From Christensenellales bacterium (lineage in GTDB: Bacteria; Bacillota; Clostridia; Christensenellales; JBMNTT01): a DNA stretch of 64,000 nucleotides. The position numbers were made by a program, and so were the translations under genes. This document shows, in pieces, positions 28,500 through 36,784 of the stretch (positions are counted from its first letter, which is position 1; each line of letters begins with the position of its first letter). The stretch lies in NCBI GenBank assembly GCA_050945875.1, contig JBMNTT010000007.1, forward strand, positions 7,701 to 71,700, written 5' to 3'. The notes under the pieces are model-generated. The model saw nothing but the letters and a program-made list of their open reading frames with translations. It was not told the DNA's origin and did no database searches.

Positions 28500-30671
28500 C
28501 TTCTTGGAGGATGGGCAGGCGCGGGCGCACCCCGCGCAGCCGGAGCAGCCGCCGCACCCGCAGCCGCCCTTGCGGCGGCGGATCGAGCGGATGGCCAGCG
28601 CCAACAGCGCCGCCACGACGGCGAGAATGACAAAATCCATAGAGCGCCTCCTTATATTAGAGAAGAACAGCCGACCGACCTGGTAGACCAGAAGAGCGAC
28701 CACGTAGGCCACGCCGGTCTGGGCGATCATGGCCAGGGCGGCGTGTTTTCCGCTGCCCAGCTCGCGCTTGACCGCGGCGGTGGCCGCCACGCAGGGCATG
28801 TACAGCAGGGTGAAGATCAAGAAGGACATCGCGGCCAGGGGGGTGAACATCCCGGGCAGCAGGGGCGCCAGGGCGCTGGAATCCCCCGCGCCGGAGAGGA
28901 TGGCCAGGGTGGAGACCACCGCCTCCTTGGCGGTCAGGCCGGTGACCAGGGCGGTGGAGGCCTGCCAGGTGCCAAAGCCCAGGGGCGCGAACACCGGGGC
29001 CAGCACCCGGCCCAGGCCCGCCAGCATGGACTGGGCGCTGTCCTCCACCATGTTGAAGCGGAAGTCGAAGGTCTGCAGGAACCAGATGACCAGCGAGGCC
29101 ACGAAGATGATCGTGAACGCGCGGGTCAGAAAGTCCTTGGCCTTCTCCCAGATATGCAGGGCCATGCTCTTGGGCGAGGGCAGCCGGTAGGCCGGCAGCT
29201 CCATCACGAAGGGCACCGGGTTGCCGCGAAACAGGGTGTTCTTCAGCAGCAGCCCCATCAGCACCGCCACGATCATGCCGATCACATACAGGGCGATCAT
29301 CACCAGCGCGCCGTTGTCCGGGAAGAAGGCGGCGGTGAACACCGCGTAGATGGGCAGCTTGGCGCTGCAGCTCATGAACGGGGTCAGCAGGATGGTCATC
29401 TTGCGGTCCCGCTCGCTGGCCAGGGTGCGCGTGGCCATGATGGCCGGCACCGAGCAGCCAAAGCCGATCAGCATCGGCACGAAGGAGCGGCCCGACAGGC
29501 CGATCTTGCGCAGCAGTTTGTCCATCACGAAGGCCACGCGGGCCATGTATCCGCTGTCCTCCAGCAGCGAGAGGAAGAAGAACAGCGTCAGGATGATGGG
29601 CAGGAAGGAGAGCACGCTGCCCACCCCGGTGAACACGCCGTCGATAATCAGCGAGTGCAGCGCCGGGCTGACCCCCCAGCCGGTTAAGGCCTGGTCGGTG
29701 AGGGCGGTGAGCTGGTCAATGCCCATGCCCAGCCAATCCTGCAGCGTCGCGCCGATCAGGCCGAAGGTCAGGTAGAACACCAGCATCATGATCGCCAGGA
29801 AGATCGGGATGGCCAGGTATTTGTGGGTGAGCAGCTTGTCGAGCTTGGCCGAGCGGGCCTGCTCGCGGTTCTCCCCGCCCTTGGTGACGAACTTGGCGCA
29901 CAGGTCCTCGATGTAGCGGTAGCGCATGTCGGCCAGGGCGGCCTCGCGGTCGGTGCCCAGCTCCTGCTCCATGTCGCTGACCAGGTGCTCGATGGCGTCG
30001 AACTCGTCCTCGCTCAGGCCCAGGGCCTGCTTGGTGGGCGGGTCGCCCTCCACCAGCTTGGTGGCCGCAAAGCGCGCCGGCAGGCCCGCGCCCTCGGCCC
30101 GGGTGCTGATAATATGGATGATGGCGTGGATGGTATTATGCACCTCGCCGGTGCAAAAATCCAGCCGCTCGGGTTTCTGGCGCGCCTGGGCCACCTGCAG
30201 GGCGGTGTCCACCAGCTCGGCCACGCCCTGGTTCTTGCTGGCGGAGATGGGCACCACCTGGATACCCAGGGCCTTCTTCATGCCCTGCACGTCCACCGAG
30301 CCGCCGTTGAGGCGCACCTCGTCCATCATGTTCAGCGCCAGGATCATGGGGATGCCCAGCTCCATGGCCTGCAGCGACAAATAGAGGTTGCGCTCGATGT
30401 TGGTGGCGTCGACGATGTTGATGATCGCGTCGGGATGCCCCTTGAGCAGGAAATCCCGGGTGACCACCTCCTCGGCGGTGTAGGGGGAGAGGGAGTAGAT
30501 GCCCGGCAGGTCCACCACCTGGGCCTCGGCGTGCTTGCGGATCGCGCCGCTCTTCTTCTCCACCGTCACCCCCGGAAAATTGCCCACATGCTGGTTGCTG
30601 CCCGTCAGCTGGTTGAACAGGGTGGTCTTGCCGCAGTTCTGGTTGCCCAGCAGGGCGAAGGTGATGCTCAT
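28488..30671 (-). CDS. feoB: Ferrous iron transporter FeoB, fused in frame to a C-terminal Cys-rich membrane peptide
   Basis: 727 aa. G-domain motifs GNQNCGKTTLFN, DLPG, NMMD; polytopic membrane domain. The last 50 aa, MDFVILAVVAALLALAIRSIRRRKGGCGCGGCSGCAGCARACPSSKKEPV, look like the separately encoded 'FeoB-associated Cys-rich membrane protein'. Confidence 0.93.
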   Translation of the reverse strand: MSITFALLGNQNCGKTTLFNQLTGSNQHVGNFPGVTVEKKSGAIRKHAEAQVVDLPGIYSLSPYTAEEVVTRDFLLKGHPDAIINIVDATNIERNLYLSLQAMELGIPMILALNMMDEVRLNGGSVDVQGMKKALGIQVVPISASKNQGVAELVDTALQVAQARQKPERLDFCTGEVHNTIHAIIHIISTRAEGAGLPARFAATKLVEGDPPTKQALGLSEDEFDAIEHLVSDMEQELGTDREAALADMRYRYIEDLCAKFVTKGGENREQARSAKLDKLLTHKYLAIPIFLAIMMLVFYLTFGLIGATLQDWLGMGIDQLTALTDQALTGWGVSPALHSLIIDGVFTGVGSVLSFLPIILTLFFFLSLLEDSGYMARVAFVMDKLLRKIGLSGRSFVPMLIGFGCSVPAIMATRTLASERDRKMTILLTPFMSCSAKLPIYAVFTAAFFPDNGALVMIALYVIGMIVAVLMGLLLKNTLFRGNPVPFVMELPAYRLPSPKSMALHIWEKAKDFLTRAFTIIFVASLVIWFLQTFDFRFNMVEDSAQSMLAGLGRVLAPVFAPLGFGTWQASTALVTGLTAKEAVVSTLAILSGAGDSSALAPLLPGMFTPLAAMSFLIFTLLYMPCVAATAAVKRELGSGKHAALAMIAQTGVAYVVALLVYQVGRLFFSNIRRRSMDFVILAVVAALLALAIRSIRRRKGGCGCGGCSGCAGCARACPSSKKEPV

Positions 30672-30898
30672 GAGGCCACCTCGTCGATCTCGATTTTCTG
30701 GGCGTCCTCCAGCCGCAGGGTCAGCTCATACCCCCGCAGCCGGCAGGCGATGGGGTCCCCCATGGGGGCCACCTTGATCACCTTGATGGCGGTGTGGGGC
30801 GTCAACCCCATGTCCAGCAGGCGGCGGCGCAGCGCGCCCTGCCCGCCCACGGTGCGGATAATCGCCGAAGCGCCGGTTTTGAGTTGATTCAGGGTCAT
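30668..30898 (-). CDS. feoA: FeoA family protein
   Basis: ORF 30668-30943 trimmed to ATG 30896-30898 (GGAGGGA 7 nt upstream). 76 aa SH3-like FeoA (LNQLKTGASAIIRTV ... RRLLDMGL). ATGA overlap with the feoB start. Confidence 0.85.
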   Translation of the reverse strand: MTLNQLKTGASAIIRTVGGQGALRRRLLDMGLTPHTAIKVIKVAPMGDPIACRLRGYELTLRLEDAQKIEIDEVAS

Positions 30899-30916
30899 CC
30901 TAACATCCCTCCAACA

Positions 30917-30932
30917 GTTAGACCGATCTAAC
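30917..30932. promoter_or_regulatory. Perfect 6-4-6 inverted repeat in the feoA 5' UTR (candidate operator 1)
   Basis: GTTAGA-CCGA-TCTAAC, 18 nt upstream of the feoA ATG. Confidence 0.45.
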
Positions 30933-30965
30933 ATACAAGGCAAAAAAAGAGGCGATTTTTTCTCT

Positions 30966-30983
30966 TGTTAGCCTACGCTTACA
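30966..30983. promoter_or_regulatory. Imperfect 7-4-7 inverted repeat at the feoA transcription start (candidate operator 2)
   Basis: TGTTAGC-CTAC-GCTTACA, one mismatch. It abuts the -10 hexamer of the feoA promoter. Confidence 0.4.
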
Positions 30984-31011
30984 GCATAGTGCTCCGCTCC
31001 GTCTTTGTCAA
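30983..31011 (-). promoter_or_regulatory. feoAB promoter
   Basis: Minus strand TTGACA (31006-31011), 17-nt spacer, TATGCT (30983-30988). Confidence 0.55.
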
Positions 31012-31063
31012 GATGTCGGCGCACATTCTGCCGAAAAAGTTTTGCTCCGGGGGAGCGCAGGCG

Positions 31064-31092
31064 TTTACCCGGGGCATGGGGGATGCTATAAT
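31064..31092 (+). promoter_or_regulatory. Promoter of the CE15-like esterase gene
   Basis: TTTACC, 17-nt spacer, extended -10 TGcTATAAT (TATAAT at 31087-31092). Confidence 0.5.
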
Positions 31093-31128
31093 AGGCGTAA
31101 CCGCTTACAATGATGGGAGGTACCGTCC

Positions 31129-32298
31129 ATGAAAGCGAACTGGTCTCTGAGCGCGCCGAAGCGCGAGCTGCCCGATCCCTTTGTCGGCCCCGACGGCGCG
31201 CGCATCACCGATCCGGCCCAGTGGCCGCGCCTGGCCGCCTACTGGAAGGAACAGCTGGCCGAGCATCTGTACGGCGTCATGCCGCCCAGCCCGGGCAACA
31301 CCCGGGGCGACGTGTTCACGCGTCAGCGCTGCTACGGGGGCAAGGCCCTGCGCGAGCGGGTGCAGATCACCTGCGGCCCGGGGCGGAGCATCCGTTTCTT
31401 CGTGGACGTGGTGCGCCCCAACCGGCCGGGCCGCTTCCCGGTGTTCGTGTGGAACGATTTTGCGCATCGGTGGCCCTGCCCGGTCGAGGAGGAGGCCGTG
31501 GTGCGCCGGGGGTACGCCATCGCCAACTTCAACCGGGAGGAGATCGCCCGCGACCGGGAGGACTTTGCCGACTGCGCGGCCTACCGGGCCTACCCGGGCT
31601 ACAGCTGGCGGGCCATCGCCCTGTGGGCCTGGGGGCAGAACCGGGTGGTGGACTATCTGGAGAAAACCTGCTGGGCCGATCCCGACCGGCTGATCTCCAC
31701 CGGCCACTCCCGGGGCGGCAAGGTCGCCCTGTGCGCGGCAATCTATGACGCGCGCTACGCCCTGTGCGCGCCCAACGCCTCGGGCTGCGGCGGCGCGGGC
31801 AGCTACCGCTTTCTGGGCGGGCGGCTGGGCGAGGGCGTCGGCGAGTGCGAGAGCCTGGGCGAGATGTGCAAGCGGGACCGCTTCTGGTACTGGCTGACCG
31901 ACGAGGCCGCCGCCTTCGGCGACACGGAGCGCTTCGCCGCCTTGGGCGAGGAGGCGCTGCTGCCCTATGACGGACACATCGTCCGTGCGCTGATCGCCCC
32001 GCGCCCGATCATCACCACCGAGGGGCTGGATGACACCTGGAGCAACACCTTCGGCACCCAGGTGAGCTGGCGGGCGGCCGAGGAGGTCTACCGCTTCCTG
32101 GGTGCGGCGGGGAAGAACGCCCTGCACTACCGCGAGGGCGGCCACGCCTACAACGCCGAGGATTGGTCGGTGGTGCTGGACTTTGCCGACAACATGCTCT
32201 TCGGCGCGGACAAAGATTCCACCTATAAGACCGTCGCGGCGGGGGAGGACCCCCTGGCGCCCGGCCTGCACATGCCCTGGCGCGCGCCGAGGGGCTGA
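31129..32298 (+). CDS. Glucuronoyl esterase-like alpha/beta hydrolase (CE15-like)
   Basis: 389 aa. Nucleophile motif TGHSRGGKVAL (bacterial CE15 G-H-S-R-x-G-K). No signal peptide visible. GGGAGG SD. Confidence 0.65.
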   Translation: MKANWSLSAPKRELPDPFVGPDGARITDPAQWPRLAAYWKEQLAEHLYGVMPPSPGNTRGDVFTRQRCYGGKALRERVQITCGPGRSIRFFVDVVRPNRPGRFPVFVWNDFAHRWPCPVEEEAVVRRGYAIANFNREEIARDREDFADCAAYRAYPGYSWRAIALWAWGQNRVVDYLEKTCWADPDRLISTGHSRGGKVALCAAIYDARYALCAPNASGCGGAGSYRFLGGRLGEGVGECESLGEMCKRDRFWYWLTDEAAAFGDTERFAALGEEALLPYDGHIVRALIAPRPIITTEGLDDTWSNTFGTQVSWRAAEEVYRFLGAAGKNALHYREGGHAYNAEDWSVVLDFADNMLFGADKDSTYKTVAAGEDPLAPGLHMPWRAPRG

Positions 32299-32394
32299 CA
32301 GCCGCGCACATGCCTTGGCGCGCGCCGAGGGGCTGACGGCCTCCCGCCAATCGCGCACCCGGGCGCCCGCACATGTCCTGGCGCGCGCCGAGGG
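32268..32394 (+). repeat. Three direct copies of a 26-32 nt unit (GCACATGYCYTGGCGCGCGCCGAGGGGCTGAC); copy 1 is the 3' end and stop codon of the esterase gene
   Basis: Copies at 32268-32299, 32306-32337 (1 mismatch) and 32369-32394 (truncated, 1 mismatch). Each contains the 10-bp palindrome GGCGCGCGCC. Confidence 0.85.
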
Positions 32395-32424
32395 CGCGTG
32401 CGCCAACAGATCGAGAAAAAATCC

Positions 32425-32456
32425 GGCCGCGCAGGCGCGCCTGCGCGGCCCTTTTG
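32425..32456 (+). terminator. Rho-independent terminator after the esterase gene / repeat block
   Basis: GGCCGCGCAGG-CGCG-CCTGCGCGGCC stem-loop followed by CTTTTG. Confidence 0.75.
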
Positions 32457-32471
32457 TCGGGGGAAATATCC

Positions 32472-33839
32472 ATGCGCTTGGTTCGAGAAAAGGCGTTCTA
32501 CCGCACCCTGTTCGTCATCGCCCTGCCCGCGGCCTTCCAGAGCCTGGTGTCGCTCTTGGTGGTGATGCTGGACAACATCATGGTCAGCTCCTTGGGGGAG
32601 GTCGCCCTGTCCGCGGTGTCCATGTCCAACCAGATCACCTCGCTGTTCACGGCGCTGATCCTGGGGCTGGCCAGCGGCTCCTCGGTGCTGATCAGCCAGT
32701 ACTGGGGCAAGCAGGACCTGGGGCATATCAAGCAGGTTTTCGCCGTGGTGTTTCAGATCTGCACGATGGTGTCGGTGCTGGTGACCGCGCTGGTGTACTT
32801 CTTCCCGGTGCAGGCGCTGTCCATCGTCACCAACGACGCGGCGGTCATCGAGCAGGCCGTGCCCTACATCCGCATCGTCTGCTTCTCCTACCTGCTCTAC
32901 GGCCTGTCCAGCGCCATGGTGGCCATGCTGCGCTACATGGAGATCGTGCGGGTGACGCTATACATCAGCATCTTCTCCTTCTTCTGTAACCTGGGGCTCA
33001 ACTATGTGTTCATCTTCGGCAAACTGGGCGCGCCCGCCCTGGGCGTGCCCGGCGCGGCCATCGCCACCCTGATTACCCGGGCGCTGGAGCTGGCGATCGT
33101 GTATGTGTACATGTTCCACGGCCAGCGCAAGCTGGCCATCCGGCCCCGGGACCTGCTGGGCCGCGACGGGTTGATGTGGAAGGATTACGCGCGCTACGGC
33201 CTGCCCATCGCCGCCGGGGACACCCAGTGGGCCCTGGTCGGACTGTTCAAGGCCGCCATCATTGGCCGGCTGGGGGTGAGCATGATCGCCGCCTGCAACG
33301 TGGCCGACTCGATCATGAGCCTGGGCATGCTCTTCACCCAGTCCCTGGCCGGGGGCGCATGCGTGGTCATCGGCAAGAGCGTCGGTGCCCGGGATTACGA
33401 CAAAACCCGGGAGTATTCCAAGACCATTCAGCTGCTCTTCGCGTGCATCGGGGTGTTCATGGCGCTGTTGGTGTTCTTCACCCGCTCCTTCACGGTCAGC
33501 TGGTACAGCGGCCTGTCCGCCGATGTGCAGTCCCTGGCGGTCAGTCTGGTGGCGGTGGGGGCTTTCACGCTGATGGGCACCTGCTACCACGCCTCGTGCT
33601 TTGTGGGCATCAACCGCGGCGCGGGGGATGGCAAGTTCGTCTTCAAGGTGGATATGATCTGCGGCTGGCTGGTGGTGCTGCCCCTGTCGTACTTGGCGGC
33701 CTTCGTGTTCAACTGGCCCCTGCCGGTGGTGTTTTTGATGCTGCGCATCGACCAGTGCTTCAAGTGGATCATCGCCTTCTTCCGCCTGCGGGGGAACAAG
33801 TGGATCCGCAACGTCACCCGGGAGAGCGAGCCCGCCTGA
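32472..33839 (+). CDS. MATE family efflux transporter
   Basis: ORF 32373-33839 trimmed to ATG 32472 (MRLVREKAFYRTLFVIALPAAFQSLV...), because the upstream codons lie in the repeat/terminator region. 455 aa, about 12 TM helices. Confidence 0.85.
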   Translation: MRLVREKAFYRTLFVIALPAAFQSLVSLLVVMLDNIMVSSLGEVALSAVSMSNQITSLFTALILGLASGSSVLISQYWGKQDLGHIKQVFAVVFQICTMVSVLVTALVYFFPVQALSIVTNDAAVIEQAVPYIRIVCFSYLLYGLSSAMVAMLRYMEIVRVTLYISIFSFFCNLGLNYVFIFGKLGAPALGVPGAAIATLITRALELAIVYVYMFHGQRKLAIRPRDLLGRDGLMWKDYARYGLPIAAGDTQWALVGLFKAAIIGRLGVSMIAACNVADSIMSLGMLFTQSLAGGACVVIGKSVGARDYDKTREYSKTIQLLFACIGVFMALLVFFTRSFTVSWYSGLSADVQSLAVSLVAVGAFTLMGTCYHASCFVGINRGAGDGKFVFKVDMICGWLVVLPLSYLAAFVFNWPLPVVFLMLRIDQCFKWIIAFFRLRGNKWIRNVTRESEPA

Positions 33840-33848
33840 GGAGGAGCC

Positions 33849-34718
33849 ATGCATTTCGTCCAGGCCAAGGGCATTTTATCCGCCGGCAATGGCATGAACC
33901 TCTATCGCGGCTGCACCCACGGCTGCATCTACTGCGACAGCCGCAGCCGCTGCTATCGATTCACCCACGACTTTGAGGATATCCAGGTCAAGGCCAACGC
34001 GCCGGAGCTATTGGAGCGGGCGCTGCGCGCCAAGCGCCGCAAGTGCATGATCGGCACCGGGGCGATGTGCGATCCCTACATGCCCTGCGAGCGGGAGCTG
34101 GGCCTGACCCGGCGATGCCTGCAGATCATCGAGCGCTACGGCTTCGGCCTTGCCATCCAGACCAAGTCCGCCGATATCCTGCGGGACCTGGCGCTGCTCG
34201 AGGGTATCCATCAGAAGGCCAAGTGCGTCGTGCAGATGACCCTGACCACCCATGACGAGGCCCTCTGCCGGGTGATCGAGCCCAACGTCAGCGCCACCCG
34301 GGAGCGGGTGGCGGCGCTCAGGGCGCTGCACGAGCGGGGTATCCCCACGGTGGTGTGGCTCAGCCCGCTGCTGCCCTACATCAACGACACCGAGGAGAAC
34401 CTGCGGGCCATCCTGGCCGACTGCGCCCAGGCCGGGGTGTATGGGGTGATCTGCTTTGGCATCGGCCTGACGCTGCGGGAGGGCAACCGGGAGTACTTCG
34501 AGGCTGCCCTGGACGCCCACTTCCCCGGGCTCAAGGCGGTTTATCGGCGCAAGTGGGGCGACGCGTACGAGGTGACCAGCGATCACAATGAGCGTCTGAT
34601 GCCCCTGTTCCACGACCTGTGCGCCCAGTACGGCATGGTCAGCGACCTGCAGGCGCTCTTTACGTACCTGCGCGCCTTCCCCGAGCGGTCCGAGGGCGAG
34701 CAGCTGCGCCTGATCTGA
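33849..34718 (+). CDS. SPL-family radical SAM protein (COG1533, DNA-photolyase-like)
   Basis: 289 aa. CTHGCIYC = CxxxCxxC cluster motif close to the N-terminus (YRGCTHGCIYCDSR). Confidence 0.75.
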   Translation: MHFVQAKGILSAGNGMNLYRGCTHGCIYCDSRSRCYRFTHDFEDIQVKANAPELLERALRAKRRKCMIGTGAMCDPYMPCERELGLTRRCLQIIERYGFGLAIQTKSADILRDLALLEGIHQKAKCVVQMTLTTHDEALCRVIEPNVSATRERVAALRALHERGIPTVVWLSPLLPYINDTEENLRAILADCAQAGVYGVICFGIGLTLREGNREYFEAALDAHFPGLKAVYRRKWGDAYEVTSDHNERLMPLFHDLCAQYGMVSDLQALFTYLRAFPERSEGEQLRLI

Positions 34719-34725
34719 GCGCGTG

Positions 34726-34761
34726 AAAAAAGCCGCGGCATCCTTCGATGTCGCGGCTTTT
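34726..34761. terminator. Bidirectional terminator between convergent genes
   Basis: AAAAAA-GCCGCGGCAT...ATGTCGCGGC-TTTT. Confidence 0.75.
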
Positions 34762-34769
34762 CTGTTGGG

Positions 34770-35441
34770 TCAGCCCCGGGAGGCGGCCACGGGAACCACG
34801 GCCTCGGGCGCGCTGTGGGCGGCGTAGGCCTCGGCCATGGCGCTGTAGCAGCAGGCGCGCAGCCGCTCGATCTCCCGGCCCTGGGGCGCTTGAAGATTGG
34901 GGTACACCGGGGGCAGGATGTGCAGGTGCAGGGCGGGCTTGCTCTTGAAAAAGCGCTGCCAGCCCTCGGGCTCGTGGTAGGTGATCACCATGGGCACCAG
35001 GGGGACGTTGTTGAGGTAGGCGAAGGAGAAGGCCCCCTTCTTGAAGGGACGCAGCCCCTCGCAGTAGGGCGTCAGCCACCCCTCGGGGAACAAATGGATG
35101 CTCTTGCCGGCCTGAAGCAGCTCGCTCACCTCGTGGGAGAAGCGCACCATCCCCTGCATGCGGGTGGGGATGGGGACGCCGCCCAGCCGGGCGATCAGCC
35201 AGTTGGCCACCGGGATGTCGAAATTGGTGGCCAGGGTGGGGAAGAAGAGCTCCCGGTCCCGCAGGGCGCAGGCCACCATCGTGCAGTCCAGATAGTGCAC
35301 GTGGTTGCACAGGCTGATCACCGGCCCGCGCACATCGCGCAGGTTGTCCAGTCCATCCACCTGATGCCCTAGAAAAACCCGATTGATCGTGGGCAGCACG
35401 GCCAGGGCGAAGCTGCGCAGCCACGGTTTGATGGCATACAT
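34770..35441 (-). CDS. Lysophospholipid (1-acyl-sn-glycerol-3-phosphate) acyltransferase family protein
   Basis: 223 aa. HX4D motif CNHVHYLD and FPEG motif. Its ATG shares one base with the upstream gene's TAA stop (TAATG). Confidence 0.8.
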   Translation of the reverse strand: MYAIKPWLRSFALAVLPTINRVFLGHQVDGLDNLRDVRGPVISLCNHVHYLDCTMVACALRDRELFFPTLATNFDIPVANWLIARLGGVPIPTRMQGMVRFSHEVSELLQAGKSIHLFPEGWLTPYCEGLRPFKKGAFSFAYLNNVPLVPMVITYHEPEGWQRFFKSKPALHLHILPPVYPNLQAPQGREIERLRACCYSAMAEAYAAHSAPEAVVPVAASRG

Positions 35442-36580
35442 TATGCGCTCCTTTTGGGCGGCTCCGCCATGGCCTGGCGGAACATGTCCTCCGCCTTGAG
35501 GATGGAGGCGGAGAGCTGGTACTGCTTGCCCCGCTCGGCGTAGGCGCGCTCCATCTGGGCGCGCGGCTCGGGGTGCTCGATCCAGTAGTCGATCTTGTTG
35601 GCCAGGTCCTGGCTGTCGCCGGCGGCAAAGAGGCTGCGCTCGTCGATGGCGAACTGGGGCGTGGCGGATTTGGGGCTGTTGGCGATGATCGGCACCAGGC
35701 CGCTGGCGAAGGCCTCCATGCAGGAGATGGCCTCGATCTCCGCATCCGAGGCGTGCACATACAGGTCGGTCGCGGCCAGCAGGTCCATTAGGTCGGGCTT
35801 GTCGTAGAAGCCGATCTGGATGGGATGGGCCAGCTTGGCCGCCAACTGGCGGTACTTGCCCTCCTTGGGCCCCTGCCCGGCCAGCACCAGCTGGATACGC
35901 TCGGCGTGGCGGGATCGGGCCACCGCGTCGATGAGCACGTCCTGCCGTTTCTCGTTGGACAGGCGGCCCACCATCAGGATGACGAATCGGTTGCGCCAGG
36001 CGTCGGGCTTGGGGCGCTTGCGGTAGACAAAGGCCGGATCGATGCCGTTGGAGATGACGTGCAGATCGGCGGTGTAGCCGTTTTTGCGCAGCTGGTCGGC
36101 GATGAAGGCGCTGGGGCAGTGGATGTGCCCGATGCGGTTGTAAAAATGGTCGCGGAAGTAGCGATAGATCGCGGTGTTGACCCAGTCGTTGTTGCCCAGG
36201 CCGATGGTGTAGGTGATGTTCTCGGGCTGGACGTGGAAGGCCGCGGTGTGGGGCACGCCCAGCTCCTCAGCGATGCCCAGCCCTACCTGGGAGAGGGGGA
36301 AGGGCATCATGAAGTGCACCACCTCGGCCTGGGAGATCGCCTCGCGCAGCACCTTGCGGTCGGGCCAGCCGAAGCACATGCCCTGCTTGCTGACAATGCC
36401 CTTGACGATGGGCAGCAGCCGGATGGTGGGCACCGGATATTTCTCCGGCGCGGCAGGCCCCGTCGCCACCACCTGCACCTGGTTGCCATGGTCGCGCAGG
36501 CCCTGGGCAAAGCGCATGCCCGAGATGGTCGTGCCATTGTTGGCGCTATCGTACTGATCCATGACCAGCAAAATCTTCAT
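35441..36580 (-). CDS. Glycosyltransferase family 4 (glycolipid-synthase-like)
   Basis: 379 aa. MKILLVMDQYDSANNGTT N-terminus, GRLSNEKRQD, C-terminal E-x7-E region (SDAEIEAISCMEAFASG). Confidence 0.8.
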   Translation of the reverse strand: MKILLVMDQYDSANNGTTISGMRFAQGLRDHGNQVQVVATGPAAPEKYPVPTIRLLPIVKGIVSKQGMCFGWPDRKVLREAISQAEVVHFMMPFPLSQVGLGIAEELGVPHTAAFHVQPENITYTIGLGNNDWVNTAIYRYFRDHFYNRIGHIHCPSAFIADQLRKNGYTADLHVISNGIDPAFVYRKRPKPDAWRNRFVILMVGRLSNEKRQDVLIDAVARSRHAERIQLVLAGQGPKEGKYRQLAAKLAHPIQIGFYDKPDLMDLLAATDLYVHASDAEIEAISCMEAFASGLVPIIANSPKSATPQFAIDERSLFAAGDSQDLANKIDYWIEHPEPRAQMERAYAERGKQYQLSASILKAEDMFRQAMAEPPKRSA

Positions 36581-36745
36581 GGATGGCCACTCCTCTTCCG
36601 CATGTGGTTTGCAAAACCACTTCTTGTTATATATATTACTTTTCTACTATACGCCAGGTCGCGGGACAATGCAAGGTTTTCTGGACAACACCGCCCTACC
36701 TTCCATAAATGCGCGACAAAGCAAGATATTTCAGTCTTTTGTATC

Positions 36746-36775
36746 CAAAAAGAGGGAGCGCGTGCGCGCTCCCTC
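36746..36775 (-). terminator. Rho-independent terminator after the BceB-like permease gene
   Basis: Minus strand GAGGGAGCGCGCACGCGCTCCCTC followed by TTTTT. Confidence 0.8.
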
Positions 36776-36784
36776 GGCGAAGGG

